A DNA stretch of 37,613 bases. Source: a virus. Its lineage: Duplodnaviria > Caudoviricetes. Every line of letters begins with the position of its first letter. Position 1 is the first letter of the stretch. The notes below the pieces were generated by a model, which made no database searches, was not told where the DNA came from, and saw nothing but the letters and a program-made list of their open reading frames with translations. The translations under genes were made by a program, and so were the position numbers. Where the stretch lies: positions 1 through 37,613 of IMG/VR virus record IMGVR_UViG_3300025018_000297. One strand, 5' to 3'. This document shows, one piece after another, positions 6,689 through 15,283 of the stretch.

Positions 6689-7278
6689 AACTTCAGACCG
6701 TGGTGTTTGACGGGTTCTTTAAAGATCCAGATGCGGTTATGGCGTTGTGCTCTGAGCGCCCGCTTATGAATTACCCGGCTAGTGACACGGTTATATATCC
6801 GGGGATAATACATCTGCCGGAAATTGTTATACAAGAAATTGATTCACAGTTTAAAAAAATATACGGAGATCTTTACGATCCACAGATGGTCTTCGGGAGG
6901 TACTCGCTGACTAATATGCAGCCGCCTAACTGGGCGCACTCCGATGGCAACATGGCTCAGATGCTGGGTCTTATATATTTGTTTGATGCGCCAGTGGGTA
7001 ATGAATTCGGAACGCATCTGCTTAGGCATATTAGGACTGGCGCTGAGAATCACCCCAGATCTGCGGACGAGATGCAGACGCTTCTAAAAGATAGTAATGA
7101 TAGGGATAAGTGGGAGAGCACGTTTTATTGCCCCGCTAAATTTAACAGGCTTTTAATTTTAAACTCGGACTACATTCATGCTGCGGGCAAAATCTTCGGT
7201 GATCAGAAACAAACGGGCAGACTAGTCATCAGTGTGTTTTTTAATTTAAAAGGGGCGGCCTTTGAAAAGAATACTTGA
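6685..7278 (+). CDS. 2OG-Fe(II) oxygenase-like protein (DUF6445-like)
   Basis: VFDGFFKDPD start, HxD (WAHSD), LIYL, FNRLLIL...H, distal R (GRLV..FF). Confidence 0.75.
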   Translation: MKLQTVVFDGFFKDPDAVMALCSERPLMNYPASDTVIYPGIIHLPEIVIQEIDSQFKKIYGDLYDPQMVFGRYSLTNMQPPNWAHSDGNMAQMLGLIYLFDAPVGNEFGTHLLRHIRTGAENHPRSADEMQTLLKDSNDRDKWESTFYCPAKFNRLLILNSDYIHAAGKIFGDQKQTGRLVISVFFNLKGAAFEKNT

Positions 7279-7867
7279 GCTAGAGTTGATGGCGTTTATT
7301 GATGAGAAGCTTAAAAACAATGGCGCTGCAAAAATGTGCGTGGATAACAAGCACCCATCAGTGCTGATGCGACTGGCTGCACAAGCCTGCATCGGAGTTA
7401 GGGAAGAGGGCGGAAACAACCGCGGCCCCATTGTTAGTCTCATCCAAGACACGGTTGGCGGCCCAGACCCGTGGCCGTGGTGCATGTCTTTTGTTCAAAC
7501 ATGTATCGCTTATGCGGAAATTAAAACTGGGATAGAGTCTAGGTTCCCGGTAACTGAGCACTGCATGACCGCATGGCATGCGGCAAAGGACGCGGATAAG
7601 ACGGAAGTATTCCCGTGGGCCGGTGATGTAGCCATCTGGAACTATGCTGGAACAGACAAGGGGCACACAGGGATTGTAGACACTGTTTTTGTGGATAGGA
7701 TGTTAACCATCGAGGGCAATACCTCTTCAGGAAAGTATGTGGACGGCAAAGTAGTTAGAGAGGGTGACGGGATATACTTCATGAACAGGCGTCTTAAGTC
7801 GGGCGACGTCATGCAGCTTGTTGGTTTTATTTCTCCGTTTAAAGATAAGTTTGGCTCGGGGTATTAG
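7262..7867 (+). CDS. CHAP-domain peptidoglycan hydrolase (probable endolysin)
   Basis: GVRE.GGNNRG, PWCMSFV (catalytic Cys), GHTGIV (His), TIEGNT; TTG start. Confidence 0.85.
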   Translation: MKRILELELMAFIDEKLKNNGAAKMCVDNKHPSVLMRLAAQACIGVREEGGNNRGPIVSLIQDTVGGPDPWPWCMSFVQTCIAYAEIKTGIESRFPVTEHCMTAWHAAKDADKTEVFPWAGDVAIWNYAGTDKGHTGIVDTVFVDRMLTIEGNTSSGKYVDGKVVREGDGIYFMNRRLKSGDVMQLVGFISPFKDKFGSGY

Positions 7868-7870
7868 ACT

Positions 7871-9418
7871 TTGGCAAAAACAAAAATAGAATCGCCATAC
7901 TCGGTTGGGGATGAGCAAAAGCTAATGACGGAGATATGGAGTCAACGGGTTGCGGAAAACCCGGAAGCTTTTGTCATGTTCGTTTTCCCGTGGGGCCAAA
8001 AGGGTACGCCGCTTGAAACTTTCAAAGAGCCGCGTACGTGGCAAAAAGAAGAGCTTAGACGAATCACGCAGCACATAAAAGACAATAAAGAGCGCATCGC
8101 AAGAGGTGAGATGCCGCAGGTTTATAACAGCGCCACGTCTAGTGGACGGGGGGTTGGAAAGTCTGCGCTAACCTCGTGGCTCAACCTGTGGATGATGAGC
8201 TGCAATCTTGGATCAACAACGGTTGTTGCAGCCAACACAGAGCCGCAGCTTAAAAGCAGAACGTGGGCGGAGCTAGGTAAGTGGCATACGCTTGCGATCA
8301 ATAGCCACTGGTTTGAGCGAACTACTTTGGCCCTCCGGCCCGCACCGTGGTTTGACGAGGCGCTAAAGTCGCAGCTTAAGATTGATACAGGGTACTACTA
8401 TTCACAAGGTCAGGTGTGGTCTGAAGAGAACCCAGAGGGTTTTGCCGGGGTTCACAACCACAACGGGGTGCTTGTCATGTTTGATGAGGCCTCTGGTATA
8501 CCAAAACCAATCTGGACCGTGACTAAAGGTTTCTTCACAGACCCGGTCTTACATAGATACTTTTTTTGTTTCAGTAATCCCCGTAGAAATGAGGGCGAGT
8601 TCTATGAGTGCTTTCATAAATCAAGAGAGTATTGGTACCGAAGAAACTTAGATTCAAGAGATGTTGAGGGAACCGACGTTGATATGCTCAATCAGCTTGT
8701 GCAGAAGTACGGCGAAGATTCAGATGAGGCTAGGATTGAAGTAAAGGGAGAGTTCCCGCGGCAGGGAGATAGGCAGTTCGTATCTAGAGAAGTTGTGGAC
8801 GGAGCTCTAGATAGAGACATAGAAAAGGATGACTGGGCCGGGCTTGTCATGGGTGTGGACATCGCAAGGTTCGGTGATGACACGACGGTGATCAGGTTCA
8901 GACAAGGCCGGGATGCAAGGTCTATAGCGCCCATCAAGCTTAAGGGTAAGGACAATATGGAAGTGGCCAATGAGTGCTCATACTGGATTGACAAGTATGA
9001 CCCGGATGCTGTGTGCATTGATGCGGGTAATGGCACCGGGGTGATAGATAGACTCAGAGAGATGGGGTACACGGTTAATGAGGTTTGGTTTGGGTCTAAG
9101 TCAGGTGAAGAGGAGTACTCAGATTTAAGGACAGATCTTTGGGCTAGAATGCGAGATTGGCTCGCTGGCGGTATGATAGATGCCGACAGAGATTTAGTGG
9201 ATGATCTTGTTGGGCCGCAGTATGAGTTTGATAAGTATGACCGTATTAAGCTTGAGAGCAAAGAGAAGATGAAAAAGCGGGGGCTATCTTCGCCGGATAA
9301 CGGGGACGCTTTATGCTGTACCTTTGCGGTTAAGGTGGCCAGAAGAGATAAGAGCACACACCGCAGGTCAAGGGGCGGGCATTCGGTCAAAGATCTAGAC
9401 TATGATATTTTTGGCTGA
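7871..9418 (+). CDS. terL: Terminase large subunit
   Basis: Walker A SGRGVGKS, Walker B VMFDEAS, FSNP motif, RNase H-like nuclease MGVDIARFGDD and SPDNGDA. Confidence 0.95.
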   Translation: MAKTKIESPYSVGDEQKLMTEIWSQRVAENPEAFVMFVFPWGQKGTPLETFKEPRTWQKEELRRITQHIKDNKERIARGEMPQVYNSATSSGRGVGKSALTSWLNLWMMSCNLGSTTVVAANTEPQLKSRTWAELGKWHTLAINSHWFERTTLALRPAPWFDEALKSQLKIDTGYYYSQGQVWSEENPEGFAGVHNHNGVLVMFDEASGIPKPIWTVTKGFFTDPVLHRYFFCFSNPRRNEGEFYECFHKSREYWYRRNLDSRDVEGTDVDMLNQLVQKYGEDSDEARIEVKGEFPRQGDRQFVSREVVDGALDRDIEKDDWAGLVMGVDIARFGDDTTVIRFRQGRDARSIAPIKLKGKDNMEVANECSYWIDKYDPDAVCIDAGNGTGVIDRLREMGYTVNEVWFGSKSGEEEYSDLRTDLWARMRDWLAGGMIDADRDLVDDLVGPQYEFDKYDRIKLESKEKMKKRGLSSPDNGDALCCTFAVKVARRDKSTHRRSRGGHSVKDLDYDIFG

Positions 9419-9450
9419 TACCTTTAACTGAAAAGTCTCTAGGGGGGCCT

Positions 9451-9741
9451 ATGGGAAATAATTCTATTTTTGATGACATTGGTATCGGGGCCAGTGATTT
9501 GGGCTTAAGCCCAGATCCAGATAAGATTGCTCAGGAGCAAAGAGAAGCTGCACAAGCAGCGGAAGCGGCCAGGCAAACTGAAAAGAAAGCGGCAGAAGAT
9601 CAGGCCGTAGCCGAACAGGGCGCCCAAATAAAAGAGCTGGCCCAGGACAGAAGATCAAGAACGCAGACCGTGCTTACTGGCAGTGCGGGACTAGATGATG
9701 AGGAGCTCACCACTAGTCGCAAAACTTTGCTAGGAAGCTAA
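9451..9741 (+). CDS. Small virion-associated protein upstream of portal
   Basis: Position between terL and portal; C-terminal TVLTG...KTLLG typical of this slot in podoviruses. Confidence 0.7.
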   Translation: MGNNSIFDDIGIGASDLGLSPDPDKIAQEQREAAQAAEAARQTEKKAAEDQAVAEQGAQIKELAQDRRSRTQTVLTGSAGLDDEELTTSRKTLLGS

Positions 9742-9745
9742 CTCT

Positions 9746-11380
9746 GTGTTTAAAGGCCATAAAGAAGCCGAGATAGCAAACGAGATATGCCTGATGTATG
9801 AGCAGGCATCCGGTACCCGTGGAACATGGGAGAGCCATTGGCAAGAGATTGCGGATAGGTTCTACCCCTTGGCTTCTGAGAACTTTCAAACCAGATACTC
9901 AACTCCGGGTAATAAGCGCAACAGAGAGATATATGATTCAACGGCAGTGATTGCGCTGAACCGTTTTGCTGCTATTTTAGATTCACTTCTTACGCCTAGA
10001 AATCAAACATGGCACACGCTAGTGCCTAACATAGATGAACTCAATCAGGATAGATTCGTCAGGCTGTGGTTTGATGACGTAAACCGAATGCTGTTTAAAT
10101 ACCGGTATGCTCCGGCGGCAAACTTCGCATCGCAAAATCAGATGAACTTTAAGTCTCTTGGCGCCTTCGGGACTAGCGGTCTTTTTATAGATCAGTTGAT
10201 GAAAGAGTCTGGACTTAGATACAAAGAGTGCCACCTCGGCGGACTTTATATTTTTGAGAATCATCAGGGGCTAGTTGATAAGGTTATACGGCGCTTTTAT
10301 TTAGACGCAAGGCAAGCTTATCAAAAATGGGGTGATGCACTTCCCGAGGGAATCATCGATGCTAAGAGCAAAAATGCTTTTCAACAGTTCGAGTTTTTGC
10401 ATTACGTGTGTCCGCGGGAAGACATGGACACCGAGCGACTCGATCACAAGGGTATGCCTTTTGCCTCTTACTACGTTTCATCAGACGGAAAGAAGCTACT
10501 AGAGGAGGGCGGATACACTACGTTCCCTTTTGCCATCTCTAGATATGAGCAATCATCCGGGGAGATATATGGCCGGTCGCCTGCGATGGATGTTTTGCCC
10601 GCGGTTAAAACACTTAATGAGCAAAAGAAGACATTACTTAAGCAGGGTCACAGGACGGTAGATCCGGTTTTATTAGTACATGATGACGGTATTCTAGATT
10701 CTTTCTCTCTTAAGCCGGGTGCGGTTAACGCCGGTGGCGTGAGCAAAGATGGAAGGCCACTTGTCCATACGCTTCCGATCGGCAACGTAAGCGCCGGCAG
10801 GGATATGATGGAAGACGAAAGGGTCGTAGTTAACGACTCCTTTCTTGTGACTTTATTTCAGATATTAACTCAGAGCCCGCAGATGACAGCCACTGAAGTG
10901 CTTGAGAGAACAAGAGAGAGGGGCCTTTTATTAGCTCCGACCCTTGGAAGAATTCAGAGTGAAAGGCTTGGGCCTCAGATAGAGCGAGAGATTGACGTTC
11001 TATCAAGACAAGGTCTACTTCCACCTATGCCGGAAATATTAAGAGAAGCCGGGGCAGAATTTAAAGTGGAGTATAACTCGCCACTTTCAAGAGCCCAGAG
11101 AGCTGAAGAGGCTGCGGGGTTAATGCGCACGGTAGAGGCGGCCATGCAGGTGGTTAATATAACTCAGAACCCAGAGCCTCTAGATCATTTCAATTGGGAC
11201 ATAATACTTCCAGACCTTGCGGACATCAATGCGGTGCCGGCAAAGTGGCGAAAAGCAGAGAAAGAAATCAAAGCTATTCGAGAGGGAAGGGCTAAACAAC
11301 AGCAACAACAACAGGTAATTGACGCCGCTCCGAGCTTAGCATCTATGGCAAAAACCGTGGGGCCAACTCAAGCGGGATAG
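9746..11380 (+). CDS. Portal protein (T7 gp8-like head-tail connector)
   Basis: 544 aa; WESHWQEIA, IYDSTA, GEIYGRSP and MTATEV motifs. Confidence 0.95.
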   Translation: MFKGHKEAEIANEICLMYEQASGTRGTWESHWQEIADRFYPLASENFQTRYSTPGNKRNREIYDSTAVIALNRFAAILDSLLTPRNQTWHTLVPNIDELNQDRFVRLWFDDVNRMLFKYRYAPAANFASQNQMNFKSLGAFGTSGLFIDQLMKESGLRYKECHLGGLYIFENHQGLVDKVIRRFYLDARQAYQKWGDALPEGIIDAKSKNAFQQFEFLHYVCPREDMDTERLDHKGMPFASYYVSSDGKKLLEEGGYTTFPFAISRYEQSSGEIYGRSPAMDVLPAVKTLNEQKKTLLKQGHRTVDPVLLVHDDGILDSFSLKPGAVNAGGVSKDGRPLVHTLPIGNVSAGRDMMEDERVVVNDSFLVTLFQILTQSPQMTATEVLERTRERGLLLAPTLGRIQSERLGPQIEREIDVLSRQGLLPPMPEILREAGAEFKVEYNSPLSRAQRAEEAAGLMRTVEAAMQVVNITQNPEPLDHFNWDIILPDLADINAVPAKWRKAEKEIKAIREGRAKQQQQQQVIDAAPSLASMAKTVGPTQAG

Positions 11381-11388
11381 GGTAGTAA

Positions 11389-11646
11389 GTGGACGTTAAG
11401 CAGCGAGTGCTTGACTTTCTGACAACCAGAAAGCGGGCTTATCAATTTACTTTTAAAGACGATGACGTAGACGCTAAAGCAGTCTTAAAGGACTTGGCTA
11501 AATTTTGTCGAGCCGATAAGTCCACATTTCATGAAGACCCAAGAGCGCACGCAGTGCTGGAGGGCCGGCGCGAAGTGTGGCTACGAATACAGAACTATCT
11601 ACAATTAACCCCGGATCAGCTCTGGGAACTTTACCGCAAGGAGTGA
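11389..11646 (+). CDS. Bbp19-like small protein
   Basis: VLKDLAKFC...EGRREVWLRI motif; lies between portal and scaffold. Confidence 0.8.
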   Translation: MDVKQRVLDFLTTRKRAYQFTFKDDDVDAKAVLKDLAKFCRADKSTFHEDPRAHAVLEGRREVWLRIQNYLQLTPDQLWELYRKE

Positions 11647-11652
11647 ACTAGA

Positions 11653-12540
11653 ATGAGTGAAGCAGCAACAAGCGTGGCGCCGGCGGCGAATAGCGCGAGC
11701 ACAACTGGACAAACATCGAGCCAAACAACTACAACCACTGCGGCCACTAGTGCGTCCGGAGCGACTAGCACAAGTGCAGCAAGCACTAGCTGGACGGACA
11801 CACTAGCTCCAGATCTGAAAGAGTATGTGGGAAGCAAAGGGTTTAAAGATCCGTCAGCGGTTTTGGATAGCTATCGAAATCTGGAGAAGCTACGGGGTGT
11901 TCCGCAAGAGCGACTTCTTAAACTACCGGAGGCACCGGATGCGCCTGAGTGGGCGGAGGTTTATTCAAAGCTTGGTAAGCCGGAGAACCCGGACGGTTAT
12001 GGCCTTCAGTCTTCGCCAAAGGGTGATGAGAACTTTTTGAAGTGGGCCAAAGAAACTTTCTACCAAAACAATTTGAACAAAGGCCAGGCGCAATCGCTTG
12101 TGCAGAAGTTTAATGAGTATGCTCAGCAGAAGGCTACGGCCATGCAGACCGAGTATGCCGAGAAGGTTAAGATGCAAGAGCTCAGTCTTAAGAAAGAGTG
12201 GGGATCTGCGTATGAGCAAAACATGGCAAAAGCCAGAGTGGCGGCAAAGCAGTTCGGCGTCCCTGGCGAAGCGCTTGACGCCCTTGAGAAGGCTATGGGG
12301 TATGACGGGGTCATGAAGTTTTTTAATAAAGTTAGTAGTTCCATGGGTGAGTCGACGTATCATGGCGGACAGCAAACAGCGGGCTTTGGCCCAGAAGGGG
12401 GGGCTTTAACCCCGGCGGATGCTAGATCTAAGATTGAGGCGCTTAAGAAAGACCAGAGTTTTGTCGACAGGTACACAAAGGGTGATGTTAAGGCTAGAGA
12501 ACAACTGACTAGACTTCACCAAATGGCATATGATGTTTGA
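11653..12540 (+). CDS. Capsid assembly scaffolding protein
   Basis: Low-complexity N-terminus; SYRNLEK, LGKPENPDGY and LKKEWG motifs; lies just before the capsid gene. Confidence 0.85.
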   Translation: MSEAATSVAPAANSASTTGQTSSQTTTTTAATSASGATSTSAASTSWTDTLAPDLKEYVGSKGFKDPSAVLDSYRNLEKLRGVPQERLLKLPEAPDAPEWAEVYSKLGKPENPDGYGLQSSPKGDENFLKWAKETFYQNNLNKGQAQSLVQKFNEYAQQKATAMQTEYAEKVKMQELSLKKEWGSAYEQNMAKARVAAKQFGVPGEALDALEKAMGYDGVMKFFNKVSSSMGESTYHGGQQTAGFGPEGGALTPADARSKIEALKKDQSFVDRYTKGDVKAREQLTRLHQMAYDV

Positions 12541-12574
12541 CAACTAAAATTGTATGAGGCTACCATAGCCTCAT
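12537..12574 (+). promoter_or_regulatory. Capsid-gene promoter with an overlapping palindrome
   Basis: TTGACA-N18-TACCAT; perfect inverted repeat atgaggcta-cca-tagcctcat (12554-12574) covers the -10. Confidence 0.6.
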
Positions 12575-12732
12575 GCTCTGTCGACAACCCTTACCTAGTG
12601 AGGGCCGAATTGACAGCCGGATAAAGACGGCAGCTTGCCTCGGTGAAAGAGGTATGAAGCCGGCCCTGTAGTTTACAGACAAGCCCTTCGAAGAATCACA
12701 AATTTTTTTGTAATTTAACAGGGGGTATTCGA

Positions 12733-13611
12733 ATGTCTGTGAACATTCCAACACATTACGCGCAGCAGTTTGCCACAAACATTCAGCTGCTTCTTCAGCA
12801 AAAGGGGTCTAAGTTACGCCCTTTTGTAACAAGCGACACTTACATTGGTGAACAAGCTTCTCCAGTAGATCAGATCGGCGCTGTAGAAATGCAGGCAGTC
12901 ACTGGCAGATTCGAGGCCATGGGCCGAGTTGACGCAGCTACTGACAGACGCTGGGTTTTGCCAACTGACTGGGATCTTCCGCAATTGATTGACAGCTTTG
13001 ATAAGCTCCGTCTTTTGACTGATCCAGAAAGTGCATACGTTCAGAACGCGGTTTTCGCAGCCGGCAGAAAGATGGATGATCTTATCATTGAGGCTTTCTT
13101 CGGAACGGCAAAGACTGGTAAGTCTGGCAGCACTAACACATCACATTCTAATGACGTGACAGTAGCGTATGGCGCTTCTGGCAACGTAGGCTTGACAGTT
13201 ACTAAACTTAGGCGCGCGCTTAAGCTTTTAAAAGCTGCCGAGGTTGATGTTGATATGGACCCGATCACTTGTGTGATTACAGCTCAGCAAGAGTTTGACT
13301 TGCTAGCAGAAGCGCAGGTCATAAGCCTAGACTACAATGAGAAGCCAGTCTTGGTTGATGGGAAATTAACGAAGTTTTTGGGAATGAATTTCATTCACTG
13401 TGAGAGACTAGACGTCGATGGCAGTGGCTACAGACGTGTACCGGTTTTCGCTAAGTCTGGAATGCACCTAGGTCTTTGGAATGATATTACTACAGATGTT
13501 TCACAACGTAAGGATCTTAAAGGTTTGCCGTTTCAGGTTTATGTCTACATGACAGCCGGTGCGACTCGCCTAGAAGAGAACAAAGTTGTTGAAATTGAGT
13601 GCGCAGAATAA
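12733..13611 (+). CDS. Major capsid protein
   Basis: LLQQKGSKLR, AAGRKMDDLII and GATRLEENKVV motifs of podovirus HK97-fold capsids; position. Confidence 0.92.
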   Translation: MSVNIPTHYAQQFATNIQLLLQQKGSKLRPFVTSDTYIGEQASPVDQIGAVEMQAVTGRFEAMGRVDAATDRRWVLPTDWDLPQLIDSFDKLRLLTDPESAYVQNAVFAAGRKMDDLIIEAFFGTAKTGKSGSTNTSHSNDVTVAYGASGNVGLTVTKLRRALKLLKAAEVDVDMDPITCVITAQQEFDLLAEAQVISLDYNEKPVLVDGKLTKFLGMNFIHCERLDVDGSGYRRVPVFAKSGMHLGLWNDITTDVSQRKDLKGLPFQVYVYMTAGATRLEENKVVEIECAE

Positions 13612-13623
13612 TAGGGGGTTTTC

Positions 13624-14136
13624 ATGGCAACGGTATCATTGTATTCGACTCAGATCACAAACCGGGACGCATCTCCCAGGGTTCTGAATAACTCACGCAT
13701 ATCAAAAGGTGCTTTGCAATCATCCATGGGGGTTGTTGAAACTTCCGCAGCGGATGACATTGGTTCTAAGTACGTAATGTGCTCAGTGCCGTCAAACGCT
13801 AGGATGTCTCAGCTTCTTTTGTCTTCTGATGATTTAGGCTCAGTGGGCGCGGTGAACATCGGTCTCTATCAAACAACCGCTAATGGCGGCGCCGAGGTAG
13901 ATGCTGACTTCTTTGCAAGCGCTCAGGTGTTAACCACTGCAATATCTAACACAGATGTGCTTGGTGAAGCAGTTGGAGCTAACGCATCGCTTGACGTGTC
14001 TGAGAGAGAAATGCCGATATGGCAGGCGATAGGTTTGACAGCGGATTCAAAGATTGACTACGACATTGTGCTCACGGTTTCTCAAGCCACAGAGCTTGCG
14101 GGCAGTGTAGCGCTAGAGGCAATCTACGTTCTTTAA
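13624..14136 (+). CDS. Capsid cement/decoration protein (putative)
   Basis: Beta-rich 170-aa protein directly after the capsid gene. Confidence 0.65.
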   Translation: MATVSLYSTQITNRDASPRVLNNSRISKGALQSSMGVVETSAADDIGSKYVMCSVPSNARMSQLLLSSDDLGSVGAVNIGLYQTTANGGAEVDADFFASAQVLTTAISNTDVLGEAVGANASLDVSEREMPIWQAIGLTADSKIDYDIVLTVSQATELAGSVALEAIYVL

Positions 14137-14146
14137 TTTTAAATGA

Positions 14147-14183
14147 TGGCTGCGCGTCTAAGTCCACTTTAGGCGCGTGGCTA
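14147..14183 (+). terminator. 16-bp stem-loop after the head genes (weak terminator or mRNA stabiliser)
   Basis: tggctgcgcgtctaag-tccac-tttaggcgcgtggcta; no strong U-tract. Confidence 0.5.
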
Positions 14184-14199
14184 CGTTCATGGGGGTTCT

Positions 14200-14394
14200 A
14201 TGGCAGATAGGTTTTATGGCCTTGATAGGGGCGAAACTGAAGCTGACACCGCAGATGCGCTATCTTCACCGACGAAAGACGTCGAGGTTGTAGTTGATCT
14301 TGCGGTTAGTTTAACAAAGAACGAAGTGCTGCTAGCTTTAGAGATGATCAAAAATCACATTCTTAAGTCTAACTGGCCACCGGCTGACTCGTAG
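14200..14394 (+). CDS. Hypothetical virion-module protein
   Basis: RBS ggggg; operon context. Confidence 0.75.
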   Translation: MADRFYGLDRGETEADTADALSSPTKDVEVVVDLAVSLTKNEVLLALEMIKNHILKSNWPPADS

Positions 14395-14403
14395 GGGGTT
14401 CAT

Positions 14404-14697
14404 ATGAGTGGGCACGCACAGGCCATTGCTCTTCTAACTGACAAGGACTCACTAACTGAAGACGCATGGCAGACATGGGCTGGCGGCAGAAGTGTGTTAG
14501 TGGTCGAAGCGTCTTCGTTTCCGACTACGCTCCAGCTTCAGCTTTTAAGTCCTAACGGTACGGCGATCAACGTCGGATCTAACATAACGGCCAACGGCGT
14601 AATTAGTTATGATCTTCCGGCTGGATCTTACAGAATGAATCTTAATGGGGGCACGGCTACAAACGTCCATGTGACGTTATGCCGAGTTATGTATTAA
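14404..14697 (+). CDS. Hypothetical beta-rich virion-module protein
   Basis: RBS aggggg; beta-sandwich-like composition. Confidence 0.75.
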   Translation: MSGHAQAIALLTDKDSLTEDAWQTWAGGRSVLVVEASSFPTTLQLQLLSPNGTAINVGSNITANGVISYDLPAGSYRMNLNGGTATNVHVTLCRVMY

Positions 14698-14707
14698 AGG
14701 AGTTTAA

Positions 14708-15280
14708 GTGGCGAGCAAAGTAGAAATAGCCAACCGGGCTTTGCAGTTGCTTGGCGCTAAACGGATTACTAGCATCACCGAAGACTCTAGAAACGCAAGG
14801 TCAATAGATGCTGCGTTTGAAGTTATAAAGCAAGCTGAGCTCAGAAAGCATCCATGGAACTGCGCCATTAAGCGGACGCAGTTGGCTGCCGACAGCACCG
14901 CTCCGACGTTTGGTAAAAGCAATTACTTTCAGCTTCCAAGTGATTGTCTGCGCATACTTGCGCCAGATCCCGAATACAATTTCAATGATCTAGACTGGCA
15001 GATAGAGGGCAGAAAGATTGCAACCAATGACACTGCTCCGCTCAATCTTAGATACATTTATGACGTAGATGACGTCAATGAGATGGACGTCTTGTTGAGA
15101 GAGACGATATCTGCAAAGCTTGCCGAGGCGCTCTGCGAAGAGATAACCCAGTCGAACCAGAAAAAAGCAGATGCGCAGAGCGCGTATAAAGAAGCGGTGG
15201 CCGAAGCTAAGCGCGCCAATGCGATTGAACGCGTGGCAGCTCAGCCGCCCGAAGACGTTTGGGTGACAGCGAGGAGTTGA
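14708..15280 (+). CDS. Tail tubular protein A / adaptor (T7 gp11-like)
   Basis: IANRALQLLG, HPWNCA and FQLPSDCLRI motifs. Confidence 0.88.
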   Translation: MASKVEIANRALQLLGAKRITSITEDSRNARSIDAAFEVIKQAELRKHPWNCAIKRTQLAADSTAPTFGKSNYFQLPSDCLRILAPDPEYNFNDLDWQIEGRKIATNDTAPLNLRYIYDVDDVNEMDVLLRETISAKLAEALCEEITQSNQKKADAQSAYKEAVAEAKRANAIERVAAQPPEDVWVTARS

Positions 15281-15283
15281 TGC

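Noticed and set aside
8692-9390. 232-aa antisense ORF inside terL
   Set aside because: Ser/Leu-rich shadow of a well-conserved coding strand; no motifs or RBS.
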